Both the position numbers and the translations under genes were made by a program. This document shows positions 27,341 to 40,429 of a stretch of 63,983 bases of DNA, piece by piece. The notes under the pieces are model-generated. The model worked only from the letters and a program-made list of their open reading frames with translations, was not told the DNA's origin and made no database searches. Numbering within the stretch: position 1 is the stretch's first letter; every line of letters begins with the position of its first letter. Origin of the DNA: Octopus bimaculoides. Its lineage: Eukaryota. Location of the stretch: contig NC_068982.1 in assembly GCF_001194135.2 (NCBI RefSeq), positions 58,902,321 to 58,966,303 of the forward strand, in the 5' to 3' direction.

Positions 27341-29422
27341 TAGATAAATAGATATCACGAAAGAAGTACGAACGAACAAGGAAATATGCAGTAAAATGAA
27401 TATATTGTTCAAACGGTTGTGCACAAATCTGAACTCTTCATCAGTTGTCAATTGGAAACCATTGCAATTTCGGCGCAATCCACATTCAAACGCGCGCGCA
27501 TACATGCATCCATAGGTTTATTTTTTTTTGTCGATCCTACTTTTTCTCTCATGTCTATAAATCTATCTCTCGCAATATAATCCTATACCCGCCGCCATTT
27601 TTCTCAGTCTATTTCTCTCTCTCTCTCTCTCACTTTCTCTCCCTTTATATCGTTTCTTTCTTTTACTTGCATTCTCTTTCTTTTTCTCCCGACATCTTTC
27701 TAACACTGTCTACGTCCTTATCTCTCTTTTCTGTCTAACCTAATTTTTCTCAGTTCTTTCCTTGCTTTCTGTCTTTCTCCTTTATTTCCCTCTATAAGTA
27801 TCCCCTTATATTACTCTTCATCTTCCTTTATTATTTACATAACTTCTGTTCCTCACACACGTTTTTTTATTCCTTTCTCCTGCATTTTCTCAACGCCACC
27901 TCCTCACATAACTTTTTTCACTCGCCGTATTTCTTTCTTTATATCTTCTCTACATATTTATATAATTACAGTCACAAAAGCACAACATACTTTTGACACT
28001 CCGATGAAAACCAAGTTTCTCGACAAGAATTCATAGAACACCTTTATTATAGCAGAATATTAATTCCCTGAGCATGTCATTTTTCTCCCAATGTCGCCTT
28101 TTGCTAACTTCATCTGCCTCGCATCTCCAGTCCACTTACATCACTCTTCTGATGTCCACATCAGCATACCTCTATTCAGTGAGTTGGATAACACAAAAGA
28201 TCTGCACCCATGCATGTCTTTCAGCAGGCCACCTTGCAGTAACTTTCGAAATAATAATCATACCTGATGCTTATTTGTATTTATTTATTTATTCATTTTG
28301 TCCATATAAACCTTTTTATTGTATATTTTATGCTACATAATGTCGTGTTTTTATCATTCTAAGAAAGTGTTCGGAGAGGGGGAAACAAAAGGAGTTAATA
28401 ATATTCTGCAATTGTGATTTTTTCCCCTCCTCCTTTTCAGAATCATTTAATCAATTTATTATCATGTATTTTTTCTGTCCATTTCTTATATTTACTTTTT
28501 GGCGGAAGAAAAGCTAGTAAAATATAACTAACTTGTCAATGAACCCAAGACGTTTACTTATAGGAAATTCTGGATAAGCTATACTTATTAATTATAGAGC
28601 ACTAGTACCTGTATATTGATTATTCTATCAGCCTGATAAACTCTTTATGCTTTTATTCATGTTTGTTTCCAATTGCCATATTCTTCGATCGTCTTTTGGG
28701 TGACATATTTATTTGTCTGCTGTTGTATATGCTTTGTTACACGAAACTACCACTGAATAATCCGGATTGCGGCGTAGATTCTATTATTTGAAATAAGTAA
28801 AATAGTTCTGGAGATCGAACCACTGGAAAGACGATGGACTCTGTCAAGATTCGCATGCATTCCATACAGACTTATATTCTGATGAACATTCCAGTCGATG
28901 AGGAAAGCTCTAGGTCACTTGATCTCCAAATAGCTAGACATGTCCCTCAAATTACACCCGAAATAAGTATATCCCGCAATAGAACATGTAGTGCTGAACC
29001 ACTGAAACTACGGGACAGTCACGGTTGGAGTGCTTCTGATTTGGTGAGAAACAACACACTGCCACCCCATCACTACCACCACCAGCTCATCACCACCACA
29101 AACAGCAGCAGCTACAGCAACAGCGGTAAGAACGGCTGCAGCAGCAATAACATTAGGTACAAGAAAAACTAGAGGGACATTCACTCCTCGGAAGGCATTT
29201 TAAGAGAAATTGTTTTCTTTAGCACGAATCGTATTTTTTCAAACACCAAATGGTGGTGATGGTGGTGTGAGGAGGGTTGTGTATGTTTGTGTGTGGATGC
29301 ATTTCTTTGTGCATTTATAGTCAAAGAAAGTTTTCAATAAGGAAATAGTTGTCAGCTTACTGTTGCTATGCGATATTATTATTAAATTAGGGTTAATATA
29401 CTTAAATGCGGGGAATATCAAA

Positions 29423-29872
29423 TATTCTTTTATTCTCTTATTTGTTCCAGTCATTTGACTGTGGCCATGCTGGAGTACCGCCTTTAGTCGAACAAATCGA
29501 CCCCAGGACTTATTTTTTGTAAGCCTAGTACTTATTCTATCGGTCTCTTGCCGAACCGCTAGTTTACGGGGATGTAAACACACCAACATCGATTGTCAAG
29601 CGATGGTTGTGGTACAAACACAGACACATAAACACACACACACACACGCACATAATATACTCTCTTTTACTCTTTTACTTGTTTCAGTCATTTGACTGCG
29701 GCCATGCTGGAGCACCACCATTAGTCGAGAAAATCGACCCCAAGACTTATTCTTTGTAAGCCTAGTACTTATTCTATCGGTCTCTTTTTTGCCGAATCGC
29801 TAAGTTACGGGGACGTAAGTAAACCAGCATCGGTTGTCAAGCGATGGTGGGGGGACAAACACAGACACACAA

Positions 29873-29903
<31 letters not shown>

Positions 29904-30057
29904 CATATATACGATGGGCTTCTTTCAGTTTCCGTCTACCAAATCCACTCACAAGGCTTTGGTCGGCCCGAGGCTATAATAGAAGACACTTGCCCAAGGT
30001 GCCATGCAGTGGGACTGAACCAGGAACCATGTGGTTGGTAAGCAAGCTATTTACCAC
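29423..30057 (-). mobile_element. SINE family A near-full copy (29661-30057) followed by an extra 3' module (29423-29650)
   Basis: Reverse complement of the family A 5' module (gggactgaaccaggaaccatgtggttggtaagcaagc), internal (TA)/(CA) tract and two 3' modules. Confidence 0.88.
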
Positions 30058-31164
30058 GTTAGTGAGAAATAATTATGTGGTGGGATTTAAACAATATTTA
30101 TTGATGGCTCATATAATTTTACTTACATTAGCAAGCACGGAAGATAATCCCTGACAAACCAGGATTCTTATTATGACATCGTCAGCGAAACATCAAATTC
30201 ACCGTTCTGATATAATGAAGGAAAATCACCAACCAAAAATAAAAGCATTGAATTATTTTCTTTCTCTTAGATATAAAACTCACACACAAAGAGGTTCCAG
30301 CCATTACGTTTTTACTTTGTCATAACTAAACCGATAAGTTTTCCCTTTTTAAAGATAGCATAAAGTGATTTGGAAGAGAACTGGCTGCTATTTCTAGCAG
30401 GCCAAGCAACTGCGTAGATGCTATTTCGTTGGCTCATACGACGTCGCTCATTCTGGCTGCCTATACTCTTTATTGATTTCAATGGACTATTCCAGATACG
30501 GTGCTTAAGAGGGCTCTGTAATTTTCTCTCTTTCAGCTTCCTTTTAATGGTCCTCAAGCTATGACCTTTATCGCAGAGGGGAAATAATCTTTCGGTTTTG
30601 GGGAGAGAACACAAGTGTCCATTTCCTTTAGTAGCAGACATCAAACCAAAAATAGATGCAAACCTTTTACTATCGAATGACTTAAACAAAAATGTTAAAC
30701 ACTAAAAGTAAACCATAATTGAAGTGAAGGCAAAGAGTCAAGACGGAGATATACTAAACTTACCGAAATAAGCAACTTACAAATAAAAAAATATAAAGGA
30801 AGAATACTTCATATAACTCCAGAAACCAAACTATAATCGGGGAAAAAATCAATCTGAATTCTCCATTGGTCATTAGCTTTCTGTTAATTCAAGAATTTTT
30901 CAGGTGCTCCATAATTTTTGATCGGTTAATTTTACATAGTTTCGCTTAGTTCCTTGTCGAAGGATCTTACTGAGATTAACAGTTATAGTTATTATAAATA
31001 ATTGGAATGGCAAAGAGGAAAGAACGTATTGGTGGATAACAAGGTAGATTAGCAGCCCTGAAAGAGGCACAGTACGTTTACCAAGTTACTATGGTTCTGT
31101 ACTACTTTTTCCGCATGCTTTCATATGTATGGGGGCGCGCGCACGCGTGCATGCGTACGCATAT

Positions 31165-31322
31165 GTGATTAGAAAGCTCGCCTTTGCAATCACTGGTTTC
31201 ATGTTCAGTTCACCGTGTGGTACCTTGAATTAGATACTTCTACTTTAGCTCTAAGCCGACTAATGGATTGTGAATGAATTTCCTAGATGGGAACTGTGTG
31301 GAAGCCTATCGTATATGTGTGT

Positions 31323-31382
<60 letters not shown>

Positions 31383-31520
31383 GTGTGTGTGTGTGTGTAT
31401 GTGTGTGTGTGTATGTGTGTGTCTTTGTATCTGTGCTTGCTCACGCTCCTTCACCGCCTGATAGCTGGTGCTTGTTTGTGCCCTCTTAACTAAGGGTTCG
31501 GTGAAAGAGACGGATAAAAA
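31165..31520 (+). mobile_element. Old, degenerate SINE family A copy
   Basis: ggtttcatgttcagttcaccgtgtggtaccttg...gatgggaactgtgtggaagcctatcgta-(TG)n-...aagggttcggtgaaagagacggata. Confidence 0.6.
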
Positions 31521-31929
31521 AAGAAAACCAGATATTAAAATTCAGTTTCTCTCTCGTTAATTGGAACTTTTATCTGATGAAAACTCAGCAACGAAACCTT
31601 CCGGGGAAAAGTTGATGAATTTACACGAAGGCAATCCATCGGCTTGTATCAATGTGGAAAGTCCAATTGGAAAATAGTTCAATTTTTCGGTATTATTAAT
31701 CGAACAATGTATAATATAGTATCTGAACTGAGTAAAAACTCTGCTTCGTAAAGAAAAAATCAGGAAGGCTACAAATAGTTTCTAAAGAGACAAATTGGGC
31801 AGTTGATAAGTTGAGTTATTAAACTTCGACATGCAAGTTCTATGGGTGTAAACGAAATCATACAAGAAAGAAGTTAGTGGCTTCAAAAGCTAAGAAGGGC
31901 AAATGGTTCAGCAACTCTGAGAAGTTCTG

Positions 31930-32430
31930 CAACGTGGAAGACGAGTTTTAGTCGTCTGACAAAAACACATTCTGCCAGTTTTCCAATTCAAGGCAGATAC
32001 ATGGTGCAACAAAATTAAATTATAGAGCTGGATTGTTTACAAGAAAGAGTTAAACATAAATAAACAAGGAGGAAATTTGGGTGACAGGTAGACCAGATCA
32101 CATTTTTGTTGAAAATCATTTCAAGGACGCAAAGTACTATCAAATACTTGAAAAGTGTCTACAACTCACCTGATCCAAAGTAGAAGTTGATGAGATCCTT
32201 CTTTTTGAAAAACACGGAGCCGCATAGAAGAAAGTCACGGAATCAAATGTCTAAAAAAGAGTTGCTCAAATCCAATAAAACATACATGGGAACATTTTGA
32301 TAACAGGATGCGGAGGAAGACCGTCAAAAATTACATTAATGACAGAGCTGAAAGAAACATTGACCGAGGGGTAGATTAACGTGTACCAAGCTGCCATTGA
32401 TAATATAATCAAACCTAATCGGGTGGGCCT
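31930..32430 (+). pseudogene. Highly degenerate Tc1-like (DD34E-type) transposase remnant
   Basis: Across frameshifts: (W)RRVL..SDKNTFCQF ~ WxxVLWSDES.F; SNPIKHTWEHFDNRMRRK ~ DLNPIEHVW; TELKETLTEG*INVYQAAIDNIIKPNRVG ~ ELKEALxEEW..IPQ..IDNLI.SMPRRV. Confidence 0.6.
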
Positions 32431-32552
32431 ACAAGATACTGAATTCATCTTTCATTTATAATGAGAGTTTCATTACCTTGGCTATAAATAAATAAATAAA
32501 TTAATTAATAATTAAATATATTATATATATATTTGTGTGTGTGATGTATATG

Positions 32553-32640
32553 CATATGTACTCGTATGTATATGTACTCGTATGCATATGTACTCGTATG
32601 CATATGTACTCGTATGCATATGTACTCGTATGCATATGTA
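32553..32640. repeat. 16-bp minisatellite (catatgtactcgtatg) x ~5
   Basis: Direct reading. Confidence 0.9.
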
Positions 32641-32646
32641 TGTATA

Positions 32647-33143
32647 CGAGAATTCGCCCCCCAGGGCCAGACCGTCAATCGATAGTTCTACTGCAACGTT
32701 TTGAAGCGTTTGAGGGAGGACATTCGGTGAAAGCGACCGGAGCTATGGAACGCTAGGAATTGAATTCCTCACAACAACAATGTACCCTGTCATTGAGCTC
32801 TCCTCACTCATGAGTTTATCGCCAAAATCAACACGGTATCTCTTCTACATCTGCCCTATTCGCCAGATTTAGCACCTGCGGACTTCCATCTCTTTAAGAT
32901 GAAAATGCAGCTCAAAGGTTGCCGTTTAAACACTATTTTCGAGATCCGGAGCGAATTGCAGAAGGTCCTCGACTCGCTTACGGAACACGACTTCCAGGCC
33001 GGATTCCAAACGCAGCAAGAACGCTGGGACCGGTGTATTGCTGCGCAGGGTGGCTGTTTGGGAGATGTTGATGTTAAAACTTATGTTTGATAAAAATTAA
33101 CTTATTTACCTAACTAGTCCGGGAACTTTTTGATACCGTCTCA
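32647..33143 (+). pseudogene. Mariner (DD34D-type) transposase C-terminal fossil with right TIR
   Basis: REFAPQGQTVNR*FYCNVLKRLREDIR*KRPELW...HNNNVPCH...LPYSPDLAPADFHLFKMKMQLKG...QERWDRCIAAQG; YSPDLAP motif present; ends gtccgggaactttttgataccgtctca followed by TA. Confidence 0.92.
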
Positions 33144-33205
33144 TACGTATATATGAGCGCGTGGCCTGTGTGCGCGTATATGTGCGTGTGCGGTATATGT
33201 ATGTA

Positions 33206-33237
<32 letters not shown>

Positions 33238-35425
33238 TGTGTGTGTATGTGTGTGCGAGCGTGTGCGTGTGTTTATAGCTAAGGAGCAACTGCAGCTTAC
33301 TGGGCGAATAATGATTAAAACATTTAGATTTCTTGCGGCTTAACTTGAGCTAAATATTCCATATTTTTTTTTATGTAGTATATTTGAGATTCACTTCATT
33401 CCGTTCTTGAATTCAAACAGACATAAACTCATAACCTTTGATGCCTACTGAGTCGTTGTNNNNNNNNNNNNNNNNNNNNNNNNNNNNNNNNNNNNNNNNN
33501 NNNNNNNNNNNNNNNNNNNNNNNNNNNNNNNNNNNNNNNNNNNNNNNNNNNNNNNNNNNNNNNNNNNNNNNNNNNNNNNNNNNNNNNNNNNNNNNNNNNN
33601 NNNNNNNNNNNNNNNNNNNNNNNNNNNNNNNNNNNNNNNNNNNNNNNNNNNNNNNNNNNNNNNNNNNNNNNNNNNNNNNNNNNNNNNNNNNNNNNNNNNN
33701 NNNNNNNNNNNNNNNNNNNNNNNNNNNNNNNNNNNNNNNNNNNNNNNNNNNNNNNNNNNNNNNNNNNNNNNNNNNNNNNNNNNNNNNNNNNNNNNNNNNN
33801 NNNNNNNNNNNNNNNNNNNNNNNNNNNNNNNNNNNNNNNNNNTTATGTTTGTATGTATATATGTATGTCTGTATATATATATATATGTTATGTTTGTATG
33901 TATATGTATGTATGTATGTATGTATATATATGTGTGTGTGTGTGTTTGTGTTTATAAATGTATGCTTGCATGTGTGTATAAATATATATACATACATATA
34001 TATGTGCTTGTGTGTATGTATTTACATATGTATGTTTGTATGTTTGTATTCATATATATAAGTGTATAAGAATTTTCGCTTAACTGCACACCCGATGGCA
34101 TACAGTCATCTATACAGATTTATTCCGATAAGGCGTTGTCCTGCTTTTGTATTTGATAATATAAACTTGTTTAACCAAGTTTAACTTCATAACATCGCAT
34201 AAGTGAATGTTACACACTTCATTCTTGGTTTCCATAGCCCATTTGGCGAAGGAAATATTTGTTGAGGAAACATATCCGGGAGTAGGCGGTTTGTCTGGAA
34301 TTTATGAGGAGGAAATTTTTTAGGATAGAATTTTAATATGTTGAGGATATGATCGTTGTTGGATGCTTTCAAGTAGAATGATTATGTATATTCTTTTTCA
34401 TGTATGTGTAAATAATATACATTCTCATACAAACATACGTAGTCTGCTATTTCTGACATTGATTGTAAACATTGCCCGAGAATAGAGAATAAACGGCTGA
34501 TTGTGGTTATTTGTTGTCTTTGCACTGATTTTCGACATGTTGCGAGTTCATATAACGTCTCAAGACGACTTTGCCTTTCATCTTTCTATGGTGCTAATAA
34601 GCACCCATTTGTTGTTGTTGTGGTTGTTGTTTGAGCCCCAGGTCAACTTTGCTTCAGTAGATCCATCTTCTCTTCCTGACACTCCCAGTTGTTATTTCAT
34701 ACAGCATCTTATAAAAGTCATGTAGATGGCTCAGATCTTCTATGCAAATCCATCACAAACACATTCACTTTGTATAAAAATAAATCGCTATTCCAAACTT
34801 GTTACTGCTGTGTGGATGGTAGTTGTAGTTGTATAGTGCCGCCAGATCGGCCATGATCGCGCATATCTATGACCAAAGGTGTGCCATACAGACCATGCTG
34901 TCTTCTTGTATATCTACGACTACAATTCGGCTGCCATTTCCCTGTAGGGAGAACATCTACGAAAAGATTTCCTTGTCAATTCGATGCTGAAGGTGGTGGT
35001 TTGGCAGACACAGCAGATTGTTAATTCCGAATTGTTTCAGGGTTTAATTTAGATTCAGTACTACTTTAACGTCACCTTAAACAGAACCCTCGATTCAATA
35101 ACACTGTGTATAAACTCTCTATTTAGAATGACCAATTTCAAAGACTGTTGGATTTTATTCACAAGGTATTGGAATCTTAGATGTATACCATTCTGCCTAA
35201 ACAATGGATTAACGAATACAATATCCCTTCATTCACTCTCTATTTCCTATCTTATCTAAATTAATTTTTGCTTAACCATCCTCTCACACCGTCTCCGATG
35301 AATGGATATGATAAATATCCCGGAAACAGCTGTAAGACCTTCTATTTACTAATGTTCTATAATGTACACAGCCTTGGTTTTTTTAATCTCATTACGAAAA
35401 GTAAATCCTTATATACGTATACACA

Positions 35426-35469
<44 letters not shown>

Positions 35470-35484
35470 TATATATATAAGTAT

Positions 35485-35670
35485 AGGGAGAATTCACAAA
35501 AAATCAACAGACGAAGACAGGTGGTGTAGAAAGCAAACAGATGTATTACTATAACGCTCGGGAATTGAAAAAGTCTTTAACGTTTCGAGCCTACGATCTT
35601 CCATAGAAAGGAAAACAGAAAGAAACAAGGAGAGAAAAAAAATGACTGTAGTGGTTAGCGATCTATCATG
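35485..35670 (-). mobile_element. Short microsatellite-flanked repeat with hammerhead-like core (same family as 19493-19665)
   Basis: Minus strand reads cttt-ctatgga-a-gatc-gtag-gctc-gaaa-cgtt-aaagactt...acctgtcttcgtctgttgattttttgtgaattctccct-(ATAT). Confidence 0.65.
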
Positions 35671-35928
35671 GCGAATATATGAGTATACATATATACACAC
35701 ACATATATATATATATAAGTATACATGTATATATATGTATACACACACACACACATACATATAGANNNNNNNNNNNNNNNNNNNNNNNNNNNNNNNNNNN
35801 NNNNNNNNNNNNNNNNNNNNNNNNNNNNNNNNNNNNNNNNNNNNNNNNNNNNNNNNNNNNNNNNNNNNNNNNNNNNNNNNNNNNNNNNNNNNNNNNNNNN
35901 NNNNNNNNNNNNNNNNNNNNNNNNNNNN

Positions 35929-35959
<31 letters not shown>

Positions 35960-36170
35960 TGTATGTGTGTGTTGATGGATGGATGGATGGATGGATATAT
36001 GTATGTACCTGTGTAGTCAATAATAATAAGTATTATCTATATTTATCCTAGGACATTCTTTCCTACGGATGGCATTGCATATTGTTTTAGCAGTGTATGT
36101 ATGTATGCATGTATGTATGCATGTATGTGTGTGTGTGTATGTGTGTGTGTATGTATGAATGTGCATATCC

Positions 36171-36207
<37 letters not shown>

Positions 36208-36399
36208 GTGTATGTGTGTATGAATATATGTAAGTGTTTATATGTTTTCGTCTAATTGACTTGGAAATAAAGTAAAAACAAGTTTTTTTTTTTTTTTTCC
36301 AGTAACAACAAACGAATTTTTTGTTTCAAAGCTCGGGAAAATGAAATAAAATATGAAGACAGTTAAAACAGAAATCAAGGAACTGAGGGGAAACATGTT

Positions 36400-37250
36400 G
36401 CTGTTATTGTTGCTATGGTCATGGTGGTGGCAGCGGTGGTTATATAGTAGCTGGTGGTGGTGGTGTTGATGATGGTGGTATTGTTGGCGANNNNNNNNNN
36501 NNNNNNNNNNNNNNNNNNNNNNNNNNNNNNNNNNNNNNNNNNNNNNNNNNNNNNNNNNNNNNNNNNNNNNNNNNNNNNNNNNNNNNNNNNNNNNNNNNNN
36601 NNNNNNNNNNNNNNNNNNNNNNNNNNNNNNNNNNNNNNNNNNNNNNNNNNNNNNNNNNNNNNNNNNNNNNNNNNNNNNNNNNNNNNNNNNNNNNNNNNNN
36701 NNNNNNNNNNNNNNNNNNNNNNNNNNNNNNNNNNNNNNNNNNNNNNNNNNNNNNNNNNNNNNNNNNNNNNNNNNNNNNNNNNNNTGTTTTTGGATGTGGT
36801 GGTGGTAGTTTCGGTGGTGGTGTTTTTGGATGTGGTGGTGGTAGTGTCGGTGGTGGTGATAGGAGTTGTAGTGTTTCGTGATGGTTGTTGACCGTGGTAG
36901 TGATGGTGACGATGGTGGTGGCGGCGGTGGTGAAGACGGTGCTTGTGATGGTGATGACAGTAGTGGTGGGAACTGTGAGTGGTATAGCAATGGTAAGGGT
37001 TTTGGTTTAGGAATGCGGTGGTGGTTGTGATGGTAGAAGTTGTAGTATTTAGTGGTGGTTTATGTCGTATAATGGCGATGGTGGTGACGATGGTGGTATT
37101 CGTGGAAGTGTTTAGTGTTGATGGCTGTGATAGAAATGGTGTTTTTTTTTTTTGAGTGGTGCTAGAAGTGAGAAGGAAGGTATTGATGGCAGTGGTGGTG
37201 GTGGTGGTGGTGGTGGTGGTGAAGATGATAATGATGATAGTGGTGATGAT
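36400..37250. repeat. GGT/GTG-rich low-complexity tract with N gap
   Basis: Degenerate (GGT)n; 36-bp unit tgtttttggatgtggtggtggtagt(t/g)tcggtggtgg occurs twice. Confidence 0.85.
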
Positions 37251-38200
37251 GAGTCTGAAAACTCTTAGAATATAATATCTCTTGTTGGAAGACATTCAAA
37301 GCAGCATCACAACGACTGAGATGTCTTTCTGCAGACGTAGATGAATTTCCAAATGAAAGGAGGTTATCTGCTGTAAGTCTGGCAAATAATTCTCTTCATA
37401 AAAAAGGAAGAAGACGGGGTAACAATAACAACAAGAACAACAACGACAACCATAGTAACAAAGAATATAAATGACGTTTAAAAGAATATATAATTTTTTT
37501 TCATAATGTCAGAAACTTTTGGTAGACTTCCATAGGTAACGCCAAAACAATAAATAAAACATTAAAAAAAAAATACGACATTGCAAAGATTAAAAGAAAC
37601 GAATGTTTTTTCTACAACGATTGTTGTTGTTGCTATAATCTAGTTCCTTGGTCACCACCCCTACTTCGAACAAACTTCTAATCAAAAAACATTTCAGCAT
37701 TGACAATCCTATATTTTATTTTATCTTATTTTTCAGACATACGATGTCTAGGACTACGGTATTCAACGTCTTTTTCTTCGGGTAGCAGGAATAGTTGTGA
37801 ATAATTTGAGGGAGATTTAGTTACTCCTTTTTTGTAAAAATCAAACAGCCACGTGGAGGCTTCCTTGTCGGTGCAGCTATAGCTAATACTGTTGTTCTGT
37901 AACTCTACGACAGTCTTCTTCGAACAGTCATTTAAAAAAAAAAAGCGTTCTGTTTATATCCATAACATGTCTTTTACTTTCTCCAGTCATTTCATATCTA
38001 GGCCAGTGAATTTTACTGTTTTTGTAAGTAAAACAGAAATATTACTGGCACAGTTCGAGGGGGAAGTTTAAAAAAATCACCAAGCAAACTTAATTTACGA
38101 AGTTAAGAAGGTACTAGAGTACTTTGCTTAGAGAGTTAGAAATGATATTTATAAGTTAAAGAATTAAAAAATGTACACAGGGAAAAATTACTGGATTTGT

Positions 38201-38414
38201 GGCTGCAAATTTTAGCACAAGGATAGCAGTTTCGGTTGTGGGAGTAAACCTATTACATCGACACCAGTGCTCAGCTTGTATTTATTCCATCGACACCAAA
38301 AGGATGAAAGGCGAAATCAACACCGGTGGAATTTGAACAAGAAACGTAAAGATGGACGAAATGCCACTAAGCATTTTGTCCGGCGTGCTAACGACTTTGT
38401 CTGCTCGCGGCCTT
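38201..38414 (-). mobile_element. SINE family C copy
   Basis: aaggatgaaaggcgaaatcaacaccggtggaatttgaac...gcattttgtccggcgtgctaacgact. Confidence 0.75.
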
Positions 38415-38557
38415 AGTGTCTAAATCGATTTTTAAGACACTGAGTATCAATATGAATCTGCAAAAACCTCAAATTATACTACAGCAATACCTACATTTAC
38501 ATTTCAGGAGAGCACTTGAGAAATTTGACCTACGCTTAGTCAGTATTGTCAAAAATA

Positions 38558-38940
38558 CTGGAGGCGCAATGGCCCAGTGGTAAGGGCAGCAGACTCGCGG
38601 TCGTAGGATCGCGGTTTCGATTCCCAGACCGGGCGTTGTGAGTGTTTATTGAGCGAAAACACCTAAAGCTCCACGAGGCTCCGGTAGGAGATGGTGGCGA
38701 ACCCTGCTGTACTCTTTCACCACAAATTTCTGTCACTTCTTGTTTCTGTTGGGCCTGTATTTTAAAGGGCCAGCCTTGTCACACTCTGTGTCACGTTGAA
38801 TCTCCCCGAGAACTACATTAATGGCACACGTGGCTGTGGAGTGCTCAGCCACTTGCACGTTAATTTCACGAGCAGGCTGTTCCGTTGATCGGATCAACTG
38901 GAAACCACGTCGTCGTAACCGACGGAGTGCCAACAACAAC
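38558..38940 (+). mobile_element. SINE family B, full length, 13-bp TSD
   Basis: ggaggcgcaatggcccagtggtaagggc head, gtttcgattcc B-box, (caa)3 tail; TSD attgtcaaaaata at 38545-38557 and 38941-38953. Confidence 0.93.
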
Positions 38941-39106
38941 ATTGTCAAAAATAAATATATGTGCAATTCCATCGTAACTGTCGTAGCATTTACAAGAATT
39001 TTTTAACACTAAAAATGTTCTGACACCTTACTTAAGCGAACTGAGATCTAATGATCCATGAACACTTTAACTGCTGTGGCTCATAAATATTGTTATATAT
39101 GTATTG

Positions 39107-39255
39107 TACGCTCTGAGCTCAAATTTCACCGTAGTCGACTTTGCTTTTTATCCTTTCAGAGTCGATAAAATAAGCAGTAGTTGAGCACTAAGGTCAATAA
39201 AACCGACTTGCCCGTACCCCAAATTTGCTGGCCTTGTGTCAAAATTTTAAATCAA
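39107..39255 (+). mobile_element. SINE family C, 5'-truncated
   Basis: ctctgagctcaaatttcaccgtagtcgactttgctttttatcctttcagagtcgataaaataagcag...ggccttgtgtcaaaatttta. Confidence 0.7.
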
Positions 39256-39904
39256 TATCATCGAAAATAATAATAATAGAAAAAAGTTGGATATGAATCT
39301 AAACTTACTTGGCTGTTTATCTTCGAAATAAGCTGGCCGGAGATTTTGGTGTTCTTAATACACACACGAAGATATGATTAAACGTTTGTCTTTAAAGACC
39401 AGTTTTGCTAGCTTCCAAATGCTGAACAGCTTCATCCACCTTTATTGAAAAGAAGAATTTCAATAGAGGAAAAGTAATAACTGGTTTGAGAGAGGAAAGT
39501 CAAGAAGTATAAGATGTGCATATATATTTAATTTAATTACTTAATCAGTAGAATAAATTTAACTGAGAAGAAATCGTGCTTACATGTTTGCATTAATAAG
39601 CATGCTCATCATTATACAATACAACTGTAAATTCACAAATCAGTGGGAATAAAAAAGCTAGCTCATGAGATGACCAGAACAATGTGTGCATGGAAAAGTG
39701 GATGTTGTATACAACCGAGACATTACTATCGTATCTGATTGTTCAAGTGCTCCAATTTTGTACATCTACATATATTTACTTGACTACTGACCGCTATCAA
39801 TGATTTCACCCATTGTTTTGATGCGCCATTTTCTATCATTGATAAAACTATAGACATTTTTAACGACATGGGTATGCTAGTATATATAATATACTTATAT
39901 AATT

Positions 39905-40279
39905 GGCGCAGGTGTGGCTGTGTGGTAAGTAGCTTGCTTACGAACCACATGGTTCCGGGTTCATTCCCACAGCGAGGCACCTTAGGCAAGTATCTTCTAC
40001 TATAGTCTCGGGCCGACTAAAGCCTAGTGAGTGGATTTGGTTGACGGAAACTGAAAGAAGCCCGTCGTGTATGTGTACGTGTGTGTTTTTGTATGTTTGT
40101 CACTTGACAACCGATGTTGGAGTGTTTACGTCCCCGTAACTTAGCGGTTCGGAAGAAGAGGCCGATAGAATAAGTACTAAGCTTACAATGAATAAGTCCT
40201 GGGGTTGATTTGTTCGACTAAAGACGGTGCTCCAGCATGGCCACAGTCAAATGGCTGAAATAAGTAAAAGAGTAAAAGA
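39905..40279 (+). mobile_element. SINE family A, full length
   Basis: ggcgcaggtgtggctgtgtggtaag (A-box), ggttcattccc (B-box), ccttaggcaagtatcttc, gacggaaactgaaagaagcccgtc, internal TG tract, tail gctccagcatggccacagtcaaatggctgaaataagtaaaagag. Confidence 0.92.
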
Positions 40280-40290
40280 ATATATATATA

Positions 40291-40429
40291 GTATAGGACA
40301 ATCAGTAAGTTATCATAATAGAGCTCGGAGTTTCAAATGCCGGAGCTAAAAGCTTCGGGGCGTTTTCATCGTAGCTCCGGTATTTGAAACTCTGAGTTCT
40401 ATTATGACAACTTACTGATTGTCCTATAC
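40291..40429. mobile_element. 139-bp fold-back (palindromic) element in (TA)n, MITE-like
   Basis: Arms gtataggacaatcagtaagttatcataatagagctcggagtttcaaatgccggagcta and tagctccggtatttgaaactctgagttctattatgacaacttactgattgtcctatac are reverse complements with 4 mismatches; TA flanks on both sides. Confidence 0.85.

Noticed and set aside
38558-38635. tRNA-like heads (also at 25359, 39905, 53171, 55431)
   Set aside because: A and B boxes are present but continue into SINE bodies with TSDs; not tRNA genes.
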